A stretch of DNA of 61,018 nucleotides, the filler included. It is 5 parts of 5 records of this genome, joined end to end, with 100 filler letters (N's around TTAATTAATTAA, not from the genome) between each part and the next. Parts side by side here need not be neighbours in the genome. Positions count along the whole stretch, not along the records: positions 21,004 to 42,228 come from SRR20825010_6411; 4 more parts are not named here. One strand, given 5' to 3'. The notes beneath the pieces are model-generated. The model searched no databases, was not told the DNA's origin, and worked only from the letters and a program-made list of their open reading frames with translations. A program made the position numbers and the translations under genes. This document shows positions 29,151 to 40,606 of this stretch, piece after piece (the first letter of the stretch is position 1; the number at the start of each line of letters is the position of its first letter).

Positions 29151-31196
29151 ATGTCTGTGTTTCAACTGAAGAGTGAATTTCAACCCTCGGGCGATCAACC
29201 GGCAGCCATCGAAGGACTGGTTAAAGGGATCAAAGCAGGCAAATCAGATCAGGTTCTGCTGGGGGTTACCGGCTCTGGTAAAACTTTTACCATGGCGAAT
29301 GTCATTGCCGAACTGGGCCGCCCTGCCCTGGTGCTCTCGCATAATAAAACGCTGGCAGCGCAACTCTATTCTGAATTCAAAGAGTTTTTTCCTGAGAATG
29401 CAGTCAGCTACTTCGTCAGCTATTACGATTATTACCAGCCGGAAGCCTACATCCCGCAGCGCGATATTTACATTGAAAAAGACGCTTCTATCAATGATGA
29501 GATTGATCGTCTGCGTCTGCTCGCGACCAGTGCCCTGGTCAGCCGTCGTGATGTGATTGTGGTAGCGAGCGTGAGCTGCATTTACGGTCTGGGGTCTCCC
29601 AAAGATTACCTGGAGATGATGATCCCTCTGCGGGTGGGGGAAGAAATCGACCGCGATGAAATGTTGCGAAAGCTGATTGATATACAGTATGACCGCAATA
29701 ATGTTGAATTAGCACGGGCCAAATTTCGGGTGCGTGGCGATGTCGTAGAATGCTGGCCCGCGTATGAAGAGTTTGCCTTTCGGATTGAATTCTGGGGGGA
29801 TGAAATTGAGAACCTGGCGATTATCGATCCGCTAACCGGCGAAGTGCTGCGGACTGTCAAGGAAGCCTATATTTATCCAGCCAAGCACTTTGTCCTGCCG
29901 CAGGAACGGATTGAATCAGCGATTCAGGAGATCCAGACAGAGTTGGATGAACGCATCCAGGTGCTGCAGAGCGAAGGGAAACTGCTGGAGTCGCAGCGAT
30001 TGAGTGCCCGGACCCGCTATGATATGGAATTGCTGGAAGAAGTCGGCTTTTGCCCGGGGATCGAGAATTACAGTCGTGCACTGGCGGGCAGGAAGCCAGG
30101 CTCTCCCCCTGATACGCTGCTGGACTTCTTTCCGGAAGACTACCTGCTTTTTGTAGATGAATCCCACGTGACTTGTTCTCAGGTGCGGGCTATGTATGCC
30201 GGAGACCGATCTCGAAAAACGAATCTGGTCGATCACGGTTTTCGTCTGCCGATGGCGCTGGATAATCGGCCATTGACGTTTGATGAATGGAATGCCCGGA
30301 GAAAACAGACTGTTTTCGTATCTGCGACCCCGGGCGACTGGGAACTGGAACGGGTCGAAGGTGAAGTGGTGGAACAGGTCATTCGTCCGACCGGGTTGAT
30401 CGACCCGGTGATTCGCATTGAACCCGCCCGCGGTCAGGTGCCACATCTTAAGGAAGAGATTCTCAAACGGGTTGCCGTCAACGAACGGGTACTGGTGACG
30501 ACACTGACCAAGCGACTGGCAGAAGACCTGGCTTCTTATTTTCAGGAAGAGGGGATTCGTTGTGCCTGGCTGCATTCGGAACTGGATGCGTTTGAACGCG
30601 TGGAAATTCTGCGTGGCTTGCGTGAGCAGAAATACGACGTGGTGATCGGAATCAATCTGTTGCGCGAAGGTCTGGATATTCCTGAAGTCTCACTGGTGGC
30701 GATTCTGGACGCGGACAAGGAGGGGTTTCTGCGAAGCGAGACCAGCCTGATTCAGACGATCGGCCGTTCCGCCCGACACGTGAATGCGGAAGTGATTCTG
30801 TATGCGGATCGCGTGACTCCCAGTATGCAGAATGCCATGGATGAGACCGAGCGGCGGCGTGTGATTCAGGAAGCCTACAACCGGGAACATGGGATTACTC
30901 CCGAGTCGATCAAAAAAGCCATCAAGCGGGGGATTGAAGAGGAGATTGAAGCACGTCAGTTCGTACGAGAGTCTGTGGGGTTCAAAGATGAGTCGGAATA
31001 TATTACTCAAGAGTTCCTGGGAGAACTGGAGCAGGAAATGCTGGAAGCAGCAGAGAAGCTGGAGTTCGAACGGGCTGCGTTGTTGCGAGATCGAATAGAT
31101 GATCTGAAGAATCAGCGAGGCACTACAGGTAACCAGGCTCAGAAGAAGTCTTCTCGCTCCGGGAAAAAGGGGAAACGCCAGCGGAAAAGACGGTAA
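29151..31196 (+). CDS. uvrB: Excinuclease ABC subunit B
   Basis: [22 protein letters not shown] and C-terminal UVR domain. Confidence 0.98.
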   Translation: MSVFQLKSEFQPSGDQPAAIEGLVKGIKAGKSDQVLLGVTGSGKTFTMANVIAELGRPALVLSHNKTLAAQLYSEFKEFFPENAVSYFVSYYDYYQPEAYIPQRDIYIEKDASINDEIDRLRLLATSALVSRRDVIVVASVSCIYGLGSPKDYLEMMIPLRVGEEIDRDEMLRKLIDIQYDRNNVELARAKFRVRGDVVECWPAYEEFAFRIEFWGDEIENLAIIDPLTGEVLRTVKEAYIYPAKHFVLPQERIESAIQEIQTELDERIQVLQSEGKLLESQRLSARTRYDMELLEEVGFCPGIENYSRALAGRKPGSPPDTLLDFFPEDYLLFVDESHVTCSQVRAMYAGDRSRKTNLVDHGFRLPMALDNRPLTFDEWNARRKQTVFVSATPGDWELERVEGEVVEQVIRPTGLIDPVIRIEPARGQVPHLKEEILKRVAVNERVLVTTLTKRLAEDLASYFQEEGIRCAWLHSELDAFERVEILRGLREQKYDVVIGINLLREGLDIPEVSLVAILDADKEGFLRSETSLIQTIGRSARHVNAEVILYADRVTPSMQNAMDETERRRVIQEAYNREHGITPESIKKAIKRGIEEEIEARQFVRESVGFKDESEYITQEFLGELEQEMLEAAEKLEFERAALLRDRIDDLKNQRGTTGNQAQKKSSRSGKKGKRQRKRR

Positions 31197-31212
31197 TGTC
31201 GCCTGTTTGGAC

Positions 31213-33831
31213 TTATGAAAATTTCTGATTGAGTGCCATGGCTGTATATGATGTGGGGTGAGTGGCGATTTCTGCTGGCGTGCCTATTGCTACAATGCGA
31301 CCACCCCCTTCTCCTGCTTCCGGTCCCAGGTCGATAATATGATCTGCTGCGCGAATCAGATCGAGATTATGTTCAATCAAAATGATCGAATGGCCTGCTG
31401 TCAGCAGATAGTGGAAGCAGTTTAGTACATACTGAATATCCAGAGGATGCAGGCCGCGCGTTGGTTCGTTCATCAGGAACAGTGTTTTGTTGCGGCTGCT
31501 GGTATTCAGATAGGCGGCCAGTTTCAAACGCTGGCATTCCCCGCCTGAGAGTGTCGGGAGAGGCTGGCCTAGCGGCAGGTATCCCAGGCCGACATCTTTC
31601 AGCTGTTTCAGTTTTTTTTGTAAGGCCGGTTGACCTCGAAAAAACGGAAATGCTTCATCCACCGTCAACTCCAGGACCTCTGCGATATTCAGTTTTCGAT
31701 GCTTGATTTCCAGCAGTTCCCGCTGATACCGTTTGCCGTGACATTCCTGGCAGTCGATGGTTAAATCTGCGAGAAACTGCAGGTCGATGTCGATCTTTCC
31801 CGTTCCTTTGCAAACCGGGCAGCGGCCGCCTGACTTGCTGTTGAAACTGAAATGTCCCGGGGAAAGATTACGAAGTCTGGCATCAGGTGTCTGGGCGAAA
31901 ATCGCGCGGATTTCGTCGAACAGATTCAAGTAAGTTGCCGGGATACTGCGCGGATTCTGTCCCGTCAGAGAGTGGTCCAGCAGGATGACTTCATCGATCT
32001 GTTCGGCGCCGGAAATCGACTGGCAACTATCATTCTGGCTGGTTTCGGTCCCGGTAAGTTGTGCTGCGAGGAGGGGAAACAGTGTCTGCTCGATCAAACT
32101 GCTTTTCCCGCTGCCACTGAGCCCGGTCACAACGCATAATTGCCTCAGAGGAAATTTCACAGTGATGTTCTGCAGATTATTTCGAGTTGCTTCGGTCAGC
32201 GTGATCCACTCAGAAGTTGGCTGGTCGGGTTCTGACTTCAGAGCCCTGTTTTCTGCTGCATTCAAGAGTCTGCCGGTTGGTGAGCTATTACTGGTAATCA
32301 ACTCCGCCAGTGGACCAGAAAAGACAACTTCTCCCCCCGCCTTGCCTGCTTCGGGACCCAGTTCAATTATATGCTCTGCAGCACGAATAAAGGCGGCATC
32401 ATGTTCGACAATGAGCAGTGTGTTGTTTAACTGTCGCAGTTTCTGCAGAACGGAAATCACGCGATGACTGTCGGCGGCGTGCAGTCCTGTGGAAGGCTCA
32501 TCCAGTACATAGAGGGTGTTGACCAGATTGGATGATAACAGGGAAGTGAGAGCCGTCCGTTGGATTTCACCGCTGGAGAGTGTGGAACGTGTTCGATTCA
32601 ATGTGAGATAGCCCAGCCCCAGTTCGTTCAACAGGGAGAGTCGTTCCCGGATCTCGCGTAATACGGGAGCCAGTGGTTTTGCTTCTGTTGCTGTCAGTCC
32701 TTTCGAAAATTGTTCCAGCCAGGCGTCTATCTGCTGGATCGGCAGTTGACCGAGCTGATCAATATTGGATCCATTAACGCGAACTGCTAAAGCTGACGAG
32801 TTCAGGCGGCTACCCTGGCAGTGAGGGCAGGTTTCTAGAGAACGGACTCCGGATGATTCTGTCGAGATCAAGCCTGATCCCCCGCAATTCGTGCAGACGC
32901 CGCTGGGGCTGAAAAAATTAAAGAGTTGTGGTTCTGGTTGAACAAATTCCCGCTGACATTGCGGGCATGACATGTCTGCTGAAAAATCAAATCGAAACGA
33001 TTGCTGCTGTCCGATTTGAAAAGGAACGCCTGTTTCCTGGTTGGAAAGAGGTTCCATCACCAGGAGAGTAACCTTGCCTGCTGATTCATCGAAGGCGAAC
33101 TCCAGACTTTCCAGAATTCGTGAAGCGTCTAATGTTCGAGTTGAAAGACGATCGAGTACAACCAGGATTTCATCTTCATCAGTGTCGAATTGAGATGGCA
33201 GTACAGTCAGGTCGTCTGAGAGTTGGTACTCTTCATGGTTCAAAATCACCCGATTAAGCCCCTGATGTTTCAGTTCCTGAAAGATTTCAGAGGGTGATTG
33301 CTCTGTCGGCGTGACCGGATAACAGATCTGAAAACGTAAGCCTGTGGGTAAAGTATTTATGAACCCCAGCACGGTTTCTGGTGACTGCGGAGAGATTGGA
33401 ATCTCGCAGTCCGGACAGAAAATCTGCCCTGAAGCGGTAAATAGAAGTCGCAGGTAGTACTGGATTCCCGATTCAATACCAGCGGTCGAGTCCAGGCCTC
33501 TGGATGTAAAGTGACGCTGACTGGAATTCTGTCTGAGGGCAATTGCCGGGGGGATTTGGGTGATCTGGTCCGCATCCGGCTTGGGGAGCTGGTTTAAATA
33601 CTGTCGGGCCGAGGGGGACAGGGTTTCCAGATACCGTCTCTGGCCTTCCGCGTAGAGCGTGTCGAAAGCGAGGCTGGTTTTGCCTGAACCGCTGACGCCA
33701 CAGACCGCAATTAATTGATTCAAGGGAATATCAAGATCGATATTTTTCAGGTTATGAACCCGTACTCCACGCACCTGAATCATTGACGAAGGATGATCGG
33801 AAGCAGTCTCGTCTGGCAGATGTGTAGTCAT
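31213..33831 (-). CDS. uvrA: UvrA-like excinuclease ATPase (divergent paralog)
   Basis: Two ABC ATPase modules (GVSGSGKT and GLSGSGKS), Zn fingers and DLGPEAG; the second Walker B reads MNEPT. Confidence 0.85.
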   Translation of the reverse strand: MTTHLPDETASDHPSSMIQVRGVRVHNLKNIDLDIPLNQLIAVCGVSGSGKTSLAFDTLYAEGQRRYLETLSPSARQYLNQLPKPDADQITQIPPAIALRQNSSQRHFTSRGLDSTAGIESGIQYYLRLLFTASGQIFCPDCEIPISPQSPETVLGFINTLPTGLRFQICYPVTPTEQSPSEIFQELKHQGLNRVILNHEEYQLSDDLTVLPSQFDTDEDEILVVLDRLSTRTLDASRILESLEFAFDESAGKVTLLVMEPLSNQETGVPFQIGQQQSFRFDFSADMSCPQCQREFVQPEPQLFNFFSPSGVCTNCGGSGLISTESSGVRSLETCPHCQGSRLNSSALAVRVNGSNIDQLGQLPIQQIDAWLEQFSKGLTATEAKPLAPVLREIRERLSLLNELGLGYLTLNRTRSTLSSGEIQRTALTSLLSSNLVNTLYVLDEPSTGLHAADSHRVISVLQKLRQLNNTLLIVEHDAAFIRAAEHIIELGPEAGKAGGEVVFSGPLAELITSNSSPTGRLLNAAENRALKSEPDQPTSEWITLTEATRNNLQNITVKFPLRQLCVVTGLSGSGKSSLIEQTLFPLLAAQLTGTETSQNDSCQSISGAEQIDEVILLDHSLTGQNPRSIPATYLNLFDEIRAIFAQTPDARLRNLSPGHFSFNSKSGGRCPVCKGTGKIDIDLQFLADLTIDCQECHGKRYQRELLEIKHRKLNIAEVLELTVDEAFPFFRGQPALQKKLKQLKDVGLGYLPLGQPLPTLSGGECQRLKLAAYLNTSSRNKTLFLMNEPTRGLHPLDIQYVLNCFHYLLTAGHSIILIEHNLDLIRAADHIIDLGPEAGEGGGRIVAIGTPAEIATHPTSYTAMALNQKFS

Positions 33832-33843
33832 GTGCTGTCAGTT

Positions 33844-34395
33844 TCAGGCAGCGTCTGAAGCGTCCAGGTAGTTGCTGATCCGGCTTTTGGGAGAAAGCCC
33901 GGGAGCGAAATCCTGTTCAGAGCGTTCGAGCCGGTACTGCAGGACGTAGGCATCTTCGCCTGCATCTTCGAAGTAGTTTCGCAGTACGGAAACCGCACGG
34001 AAATCCATTTTGCGGAAGAACAACTGGGCAGGCAGATTGGTTTCTCGAACTTCCAGAGCGATCTCGCGACGGCGCTGCTGCGATAGTTTATCAACCACGC
34101 GTTGTACCATCTGGCGACCTATTCCCTGCTGGCGGAATTCGGGAGCGACGGCAAAGTTGAGTACCTGTATCATCGATTTATGGAGTTCATAAATCATGAA
34201 GCCGACGATCTGATGATTATGCTCGGCCACCATACCGATGCAGTTTCGCTGTCTCAGGCAACTTAGAAAATATTCTTCAGACCAGGTGTATTCAAAGCTT
34301 TCTTCTTCAATTCGAAGAACTTCTGGCATGTCTCGGCGGATCAGCCAGCGAATTTGAACCATCAAGTCCTGATTGGGGGGTTGATTGAGACTCAT
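33844..34395 (-). CDS. rimI: Ribosomal protein alanine N-acetyltransferase RimI
   Basis: GNAT motif A (RQQGIG), LEVRETN and RNYF..EDA. Confidence 0.85.
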   Translation of the reverse strand: MSLNQPPNQDLMVQIRWLIRRDMPEVLRIEEESFEYTWSEEYFLSCLRQRNCIGMVAEHNHQIVGFMIYELHKSMIQVLNFAVAPEFRQQGIGRQMVQRVVDKLSQQRRREIALEVRETNLPAQLFFRKMDFRAVSVLRNYFEDAGEDAYVLQYRLERSEQDFAPGLSPKSRISNYLDASDAA

Positions 34396-34746
34396 AGTCG
34401 CCTTCCTGCTACTGATAAGTTCTTCAATAAATGCCGTGATCTGTTGCCATTTTCATCCTGAAAAATTCCGCAGCAGTCCGGAGTTAAAGTGGATCGTTAA
34501 GGTTTGGATCAGGCGTCGAAACAGGTGATCATGATTGTGGATGTGATTCAGGGATTAGGACGCTCGTATCGCGAGGTTGATTCGCGAAAGTTATCAGAAG
34601 TCGAAAACGGCGCACAGGGGAATTTTTTATTTTTTTCAAAAACTCATTGAAAGCAGATAGAAATGGCGCACTCAAAAAGATTTAAGCGCAATCGCACACT
34701 GAGTCTTGTACGCTCTCGACAGGGATAAACGAACGCTTAAAATCTC

Positions 34747-35061
34747 TCAGCCTTTTTTGGGCAGAGGCATCCGTCGTTTAATGAGCAGGTGATTAATCAC
34801 CTCTTCGATTCCGGTCAGGGCCTGGATACGTTTGGTAATATCCGGGCATTCGCCATCAAATTCCAGAACACCTTTCAGGCAGACACCATTTTTAGTGCGG
34901 TGAACAACCAGGGAATTCAGGCAGACGTCAGCATCTTCTGTCAGTGCATGCTGGATTTCACATTCCAGAGAATGAGCAGCATTGAATTGCATGGGAGCAG
35001 ATCGAGCAGCCGTTTTTGTGGGGATTCTGTTTGTTTCGTGGGCGAGTGTTTTGTTTTTCAT
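34747..35061 (-). CDS. Small BON-domain-like protein
   Basis: VCLKG...GIEEVINHL pattern. Confidence 0.5.
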   Translation of the reverse strand: MKNKTLAHETNRIPTKTAARSAPMQFNAAHSLECEIQHALTEDADVCLNSLVVHRTKNGVCLKGVLEFDGECPDITKRIQALTGIEEVINHLLIKRRMPLPKKG

Positions 35062-35231
35062 GTGGTTGTTCCTTTCACCACCAGTTAGGTTCGGTCCATC
35101 CTTCAAAGTCTTGGCGGGATTGTCCTTCTAATCGCTATCTTAACATTCAAAAAAGAAACTTATAGATGAAAAACAAAACTTCTTTCTTTTTTATTAAAAA
35201 GGATATTTATTTCAGAAGTGCAGTGATTATG

Positions 35232-36560
35232 TCATTTTGAGGTAGTGATAGTGCATAGCGAATAAGGGATTTTATTGATGGTGTAGATTGCTTCCAGGTA
35301 ATAGGCGACATGGCCTTTTTCTGGTTTGTCTATTTTAGCTAAATATACAGCTTCGTTCGCTGGGACTTCGCTAGCAGTCCATTTTGAATCCCGAAAGTCT
35401 TTGTCATCTGATAGTGCCTGCCATAATCGTACCTGGGCAGGTTTGCTGGAACTGGTGAGCTTCAGTTCATAGTCTTTGGAGTTATCCCAGTCCAGTTTGG
35501 GGAGTTCTTTGCCGGTAGCAGCGTGTATGAAAAAGGCGGCCAGTGTCTGCAGAGCGTATTCCACTCCCCCACCAAGATCATGGCCGGCGTTGGGGACCTG
35601 AAGAATGTATTTGGGGCCTACCAGGTCTGACCAGTAAAAACGCATGGCATCAACCACCCAATAGGGGTCATTAGTTCCATTGATCAGGAGCTTGGGAATT
35701 TTGAGCTGCTGGCGATATGTGTAGGGATCCATCATCAGGCGCAGACGTTTTTCTCGATCCGATTCTTCGCCTTCCACGATCAGTCCTTTACTGGTGTAGT
35801 CAATAATCTGTTCGCTGTATTTTCCCCAGGTATTAATTTGATGTTTCATCTGATCCCGAAAATTGAGTGTATCAATCACGATCGGGGCAGTTGCGATGAT
35901 CCGTTTATCAACCACGGGAGTGAGCCAACTGGTCCAGCCGCGTTTTGAGGCTCCAGTGATGACGAAACCGTCGATGACAAGATTCCTTTTTTCCAAAGCG
36001 ATTTCCTGAATGGCGTCCATCGCTTTGACAGCACTTTTAGCCATCGGGAATAGAAGCGGCCAGCTTTCATCACCCGTTTTCAGATAGCGCAGCCAGGTTT
36101 CTGTGATCAGATCATCTTCTTTTTTTCCATCAAACAGGGGCTGGTTGGGAACCTGGGTGAGCAGTGCGACCCGGGCACCGGTTGTTTTGGCCAGCAGGAA
36201 AGCCGGTTTTAAGCGTTTTTCATTGGGCTGACCACCATTGCTGCCGCCCGTAACAAACAGCAGCACTTTACTGTTGATCTGCACGTTTTCCGGTTCGAAG
36301 ATATAGAGCCAGTGTTTCCAGGTGATCCCCTGCCAGGTCTGTGAAGTCAGTTCAACCGGATACGCGGTGACACCTTCGTACGAGAAAGAGTCATGGATTT
36401 CCCATTTATAAGCTGGTTCCTCGCGTTCGATGTATTTAAAAAAAGCATCAGGAATCTGGCCGGCAGCGTCTGGTCTCACTGGAATATTCGTTTTTTCTGC
36501 CGCAGATGATGTAACGGAAAATGAGAGAGCCAGCAGGGGGATGAATAATTTGAGTCGCAT
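35232..36560 (-). CDS. PhoPQ-activated pathogenicity-related protein PqaA family (alpha/beta hydrolase)
   Basis: Signal peptide; TSQTW, VPNQP, GASKRGWT, GTNDPYW and PNAGH motifs. Confidence 0.88.
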   Translation of the reverse strand: MRLKLFIPLLALSFSVTSSAAEKTNIPVRPDAAGQIPDAFFKYIEREEPAYKWEIHDSFSYEGVTAYPVELTSQTWQGITWKHWLYIFEPENVQINSKVLLFVTGGSNGGQPNEKRLKPAFLLAKTTGARVALLTQVPNQPLFDGKKEDDLITETWLRYLKTGDESWPLLFPMAKSAVKAMDAIQEIALEKRNLVIDGFVITGASKRGWTSWLTPVVDKRIIATAPIVIDTLNFRDQMKHQINTWGKYSEQIIDYTSKGLIVEGEESDREKRLRLMMDPYTYRQQLKIPKLLINGTNDPYWVVDAMRFYWSDLVGPKYILQVPNAGHDLGGGVEYALQTLAAFFIHAATGKELPKLDWDNSKDYELKLTSSSKPAQVRLWQALSDDKDFRDSKWTASEVPANEAVYLAKIDKPEKGHVAYYLEAIYTINKIPYSLCTITTSK

Positions 36561-36672
36561 GTTGTAGTTCCGTGTATCAGTATGAAGAAGCACTGGAAAA
36601 TCACTCGTGACGGCTTCGATCAATGAGGTTATGAAAGCGTTTTCAGGAGAGAGCTTACTACGGTAATTGCTG

Positions 36673-37107
36673 TTATTTTGTTTTCAAATTGATCTCGTTC
36701 AAGTCTGCAGCCTGTCCTTCAGTTGCAGTAACCTTGTGTTCTGATTTATCGGGGTTGGAATAGCGGCCTTTCAGCAGATCTTTTTCTGAACCAGGGCCCT
36801 TTTTCAGCCATTTGAACGTAAGTATGTATTCTCCGGGGGGAACCCCATCCCCTGAGACATAGGTGCTGATGGAAACTTTACCTGAAGCATCGGTTGCTCC
36901 CGAGAGGACACGGTTATTCACTCCTCCATTTACGGGATGGCAAGAGACGGTAACACCTTCTTCTGGTTTTCCATCAACTAACACTGTTCCCGTTAAGGGG
37001 ACTGTTTTTGCTCTGGGGCCTCCCTTGGGTCCAGAATTGCCACAGCCGAAAATAGTAAAAATAATACAGAGTGAAAGGAGTTTTTTTACTGATTTCGTCC
37101 CAATCAT
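36673..37107 (-). CDS. Carboxypeptidase-regulatory-like domain lipoprotein (DUF1559 partner)
   Basis: FGC lipobox, GTVLVDGKP and GVPPGEY motifs. Confidence 0.8.
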   Translation of the reverse strand: MIGTKSVKKLLSLCIIFTIFGCGNSGPKGGPRAKTVPLTGTVLVDGKPEEGVTVSCHPVNGGVNNRVLSGATDASGKVSISTYVSGDGVPPGEYILTFKWLKKGPGSEKDLLKGRYSNPDKSEHKVTATEGQAADLNEINLKTK

Positions 37108-37262
37108 TTGATGAGCTACGTCCTTTTTGCAACTAGAGGTATGCCATTGAAGTACCTCGCCCCGGGGTAATCGGCTCTGTTTTAATTCACGGGGCGAGGG
37201 CAATAGGAGATGGTTCTGTATGTATCATCCATCTCATGTTTAAATGAGAGTTTAAGAGTGAC

Positions 37263-38315
37263 TTAGAATTCTCCGATCGTTTCTCCGCTGGCCCGACTCA
37301 CGAGCGAAGCGAATATGACTCCCGAGAGGTTTTCGCTGAGAAATCGGACTGAACCATCTGCCAGTAAGATGTGTGCGCCTCCAACGTGGTAAGAGTACAG
37401 GCCGGCAGCGAAACGATTGGGATCGCTATGTGTTGAAACAGATCGGGCGTTCGAACAGTTGATGGCGCAGGGGCCGCGGTCAGATGTGCCGTCAAAGAGT
37501 CTACCGGTTAATTGCCATGTCCCATTGAGTGGGTCAGCCCAGGCACCTCCGCCAAACGCTGCCTGGAACAGAGCTTCCGGATCTGAGGAAGCCACTTGGG
37601 TCCCGTTACGAATCAGAGAATTCCGGTTTGCCAGTTCGCCTGTTAAGATGGTGTTGGAGGCCCCGTCGGTCATATCTCTCAGTCGTCCTCCCGAACCTCC
37701 CTGTGTGGCTGATGGTACACCAGCCACGGCGATGATCCCTTCTGCCCATCCATTCCGATCACTGCCTGTCAAGCCTACGGCTGCCAGGAACTCATCCTGG
37801 ACAACGGTCGTGGAGACATAGTCAATCGGACCGGCGTTGGTTAAGTTCAGAGCCTGGGCAGGATTGAAAGAAGTACCCCCGGCTGGAATCGAAACATTGA
37901 TACGATTGCCACCACCTGGAGAAGAAGGACAAATATAGCTGGGGATGAATGTTTGAGTCGCAGCTGTATTGGTTGAGGTCCAGCAGTTGGAGTTAAAATT
38001 GTATAAGTTATATGTATTCGCCTGGTCAACATACGGGAGAATAGCAAGGCCCCAACTGTTTGACGTCATGATTGCCCCCGTCGATCCATTTACAGCGAGT
38101 ATCGCGGGCATGGGAAATCGCGAGTATGTGTCATGGTAATTATGAAAAGCCAGTCCGATCTGCTTCAGGTTGTTTTTACAGGTGGAGCGACGGGCGGCTT
38201 CCCGAGCCTGTTGCACTGCAGGAAGCAGTAGGGCGATCAAAATGGCAATGATGGCGATGACGACAAGTAATTCAATCAGAGTGAAGCCTTTTTTGAGGCG
38301 CGAGTTTGGGTGCAT
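37263..38315 (-). CDS. DUF1559 prepilin-type N-terminal cleavage/methylation domain protein
   Basis: [14 protein letters not shown]...[18 protein letters not shown] and [16 protein letters not shown] motifs. Confidence 0.95.
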   Translation of the reverse strand: MHPNSRLKKGFTLIELLVVIAIIAILIALLLPAVQQAREAARRSTCKNNLKQIGLAFHNYHDTYSRFPMPAILAVNGSTGAIMTSNSWGLAILPYVDQANTYNLYNFNSNCWTSTNTAATQTFIPSYICPSSPGGGNRINVSIPAGGTSFNPAQALNLTNAGPIDYVSTTVVQDEFLAAVGLTGSDRNGWAEGIIAVAGVPSATQGGSGGRLRDMTDGASNTILTGELANRNSLIRNGTQVASSDPEALFQAAFGGGAWADPLNGTWQLTGRLFDGTSDRGPCAINCSNARSVSTHSDPNRFAAGLYSYHVGGAHILLADGSVRFLSENLSGVIFASLVSRASGETIGEF

Positions 38316-39013
38316 CTTTTATCTCCTTTGTCACATCGGAATTAGTTGGCTGAGATGGGGATAATTATTGTAAGAATACTTCTCCATTTGACAGGTAAAG
38401 TAAATAAACTCCTTTAATAGAATTTCCGAAGTTATGAGCAAGAATTTGCTGTATTGAAATAAAAACTATCAGCCTTTCAGGCTGCAGGTTCTCTTGGCTC
38501 AAAGCGTCTGGAGAGATGAACGGGTAACGATTGAGTTAACTTCAGGATACCGAGGCAAATTTCCGGAATCCATACCATTGTGTACGAAATAGGTAAAAAT
38601 ACTAATTTTAATTTATGATAAAAATGCAGTGAAAAGATAGTTGATTTTGGTGTTGGATGACCGTTCTGGTGGGTGAGTGGTTTTCGGTTTCAGTGCTGAA
38701 TTTATGCAGGGTGAAGTCGTTGATTGACATGAGGAACGAAACGATACATTGAGTGTCATGCCGAAGCGACTTGCATTGGCTGGTTTGTGTAATATTTACA
38801 AGCCGACTTCTGGAGAGCTGTTTTTTGAATTTCCTGGGTTGACCTGAATCAGAGAATTACGAGAATGCTCCTCACTTTAAGACATATCAGTTTCTGAGCA
38901 AATCCAATTCACATACCTTTGCCTGTTCTGGCTGCCAGGATTTATTCACCACACAATCACACCAGTGAAGTTTCCTTCCGTCATCGATTCTTTAACCTAA
39001 TGGTTTACCTGGA

Positions 39014-40555
39014 ATGCATGGTTCTTACCTCACATCCATGTCATCTTCATCAATCAGCTTGTCACCCGGGACAATAGCCGTCAGTCTCCGATCACTGATT
39101 CCTTCTGCAAGCTTTGTTGATTGTGCTGATGTATATGTGACTTCGATACAATCAGACAGTCGCCGCTGCCAGCCAGGTGATCTGTTTGCCGTCGTGAGCG
39201 GTACCAGAGAGTGTGCTGAAAGATATGTGCCCGAAGCGATTCAAAACGGTGCAAAAGCGATTCTGACGGAACGCCCGTTGACAGGGCTGCAGGCACCGCA
39301 ATGTATTGTTCCCGATGTGCGGAAGGTCTATGCCCTGCTTTGCTCTGAACTGGCGGGTCGTCCCACACGTCATCTGGAAACAGTGGGAGTGACGGGAACC
39401 AATGGGAAAACTACAGTCAGCTGGTTGATTCGGTCTATCCTGCAAAACTCCGGCAGGAGAACTGGCCTTTCCGGTACGGTTGAGTACCACGACAGTATCT
39501 CATCCCGGCCTGCTTCGCTCACCACGCCTGATGCGAATGAGCTCTCTCAATTGCTGGCTGAAATGGTTTGCAGAAAAGCTACACATGCAGTAATGGAAGT
39601 TTCCAGTCACGCGCTGGATCAGAGTCGTCTGGCGGGAACCGCCCTCTCCGTTGGTGTAATTACGAATGTGACGCAGGATCATTTTGATTACCATCAGAAC
39701 TTTGGAAACTATGCTGCCTGCAAAGCCCGCATGATCCAACAGGTCAAGCCGGATGGTACGGTGATACTGAACTGGGATGATCCCACTTGCCGTTCATTTG
39801 CAGCCCAGGTGACATCATCTCAGACACTGTTGACGTATGCGATCGATGGCCAGGCTGATGTGGTCGCTCAAAATCTACAGGAATCAACGGCCGGTGCGGA
39901 GTTCGAAATTCTGTTTAACGGAGATTCTGTTCCCGTGCGAACTTCGCTGATCGGAACTCATAATGTTTCCAATTGTCTGGCTGCTGCCGCTGCCTGTCTC
40001 AGCCTGGGGGTCTCATTATCAGAGATCGCTTTGGGAATCGAACGGCTTGCGACTGTGCCCGGCAGAATGGAACGAGTGGCCTGCGGTCAATCTTTTACAG
40101 TTCTGATTGATTATGCTCACACAGATGATGCATTGAGCCATGTCATTCGATCTGCGAAACGGCTCTGTTCTCAACGTGTATTTTGCGTGTTTGGTGCCGG
40201 CGGAGATCGGGATACAGCAAAACGCAGTCTGCTGGGGATGGCAGGAAGTGAAGCAGATCGAGTCATTATTACCAGTGATAATCCCCGCAGTGAAGATCCA
40301 ACGCAGATTATCAGGGCAATTGCCGAGGGGTGCCGGATCAAAGGTGTTTCTCCTGAGCAGATCATTGATCGACGGGAAGCCATCCACTATGCCCTGTCAG
40401 AGGCCCGCGCGGGAGACCTGGTACTCATTGCCGGGAAAGGTCATGAAAACGAACAGATTATCGGCGATCAGGTAATTCCCTTCAGTGATCGGCAGGTTGT
40501 GGAGAATTATTTCCGAAATCATCTCATCGCAAAATCGCAGAAGGTACCTGCTTAA
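39014..40555 (+). CDS. murE: UDP-MurNAc-tripeptide synthetase MurE
   Basis: GVTGTNGKTT, MEVSSH, DYAHT, DNPR (mDAP-type) and AGKGHE motifs. Confidence 0.95.
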   Translation: MHGSYLTSMSSSSISLSPGTIAVSLRSLIPSASFVDCADVYVTSIQSDSRRCQPGDLFAVVSGTRECAERYVPEAIQNGAKAILTERPLTGLQAPQCIVPDVRKVYALLCSELAGRPTRHLETVGVTGTNGKTTVSWLIRSILQNSGRRTGLSGTVEYHDSISSRPASLTTPDANELSQLLAEMVCRKATHAVMEVSSHALDQSRLAGTALSVGVITNVTQDHFDYHQNFGNYAACKARMIQQVKPDGTVILNWDDPTCRSFAAQVTSSQTLLTYAIDGQADVVAQNLQESTAGAEFEILFNGDSVPVRTSLIGTHNVSNCLAAAAACLSLGVSLSEIALGIERLATVPGRMERVACGQSFTVLIDYAHTDDALSHVIRSAKRLCSQRVFCVFGAGGDRDTAKRSLLGMAGSEADRVIITSDNPRSEDPTQIIRAIAEGCRIKGVSPEQIIDRREAIHYALSEARAGDLVLIAGKGHENEQIIGDQVIPFSDRQVVENYFRNHLIAKSQKVPA

Positions 40556-40606
40556 CAGTAATCGCAGAACAATCATTATCCTGTCTTAGAAAAACGTAAC
40601 AGTCCA

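Noticed and set aside
36673-38315. DUF1559 plus lipoprotein pair as a new secretion or pilus system
   Set aside because: This is a very common, highly paralogous planctomycete gene pair with nothing distinctive here.
38316-39013. 700-bp AT-rich intergenic region
   Set aside because: It is a divergent promoter region; I could not find convincing repeats, ORFs or stable structure.
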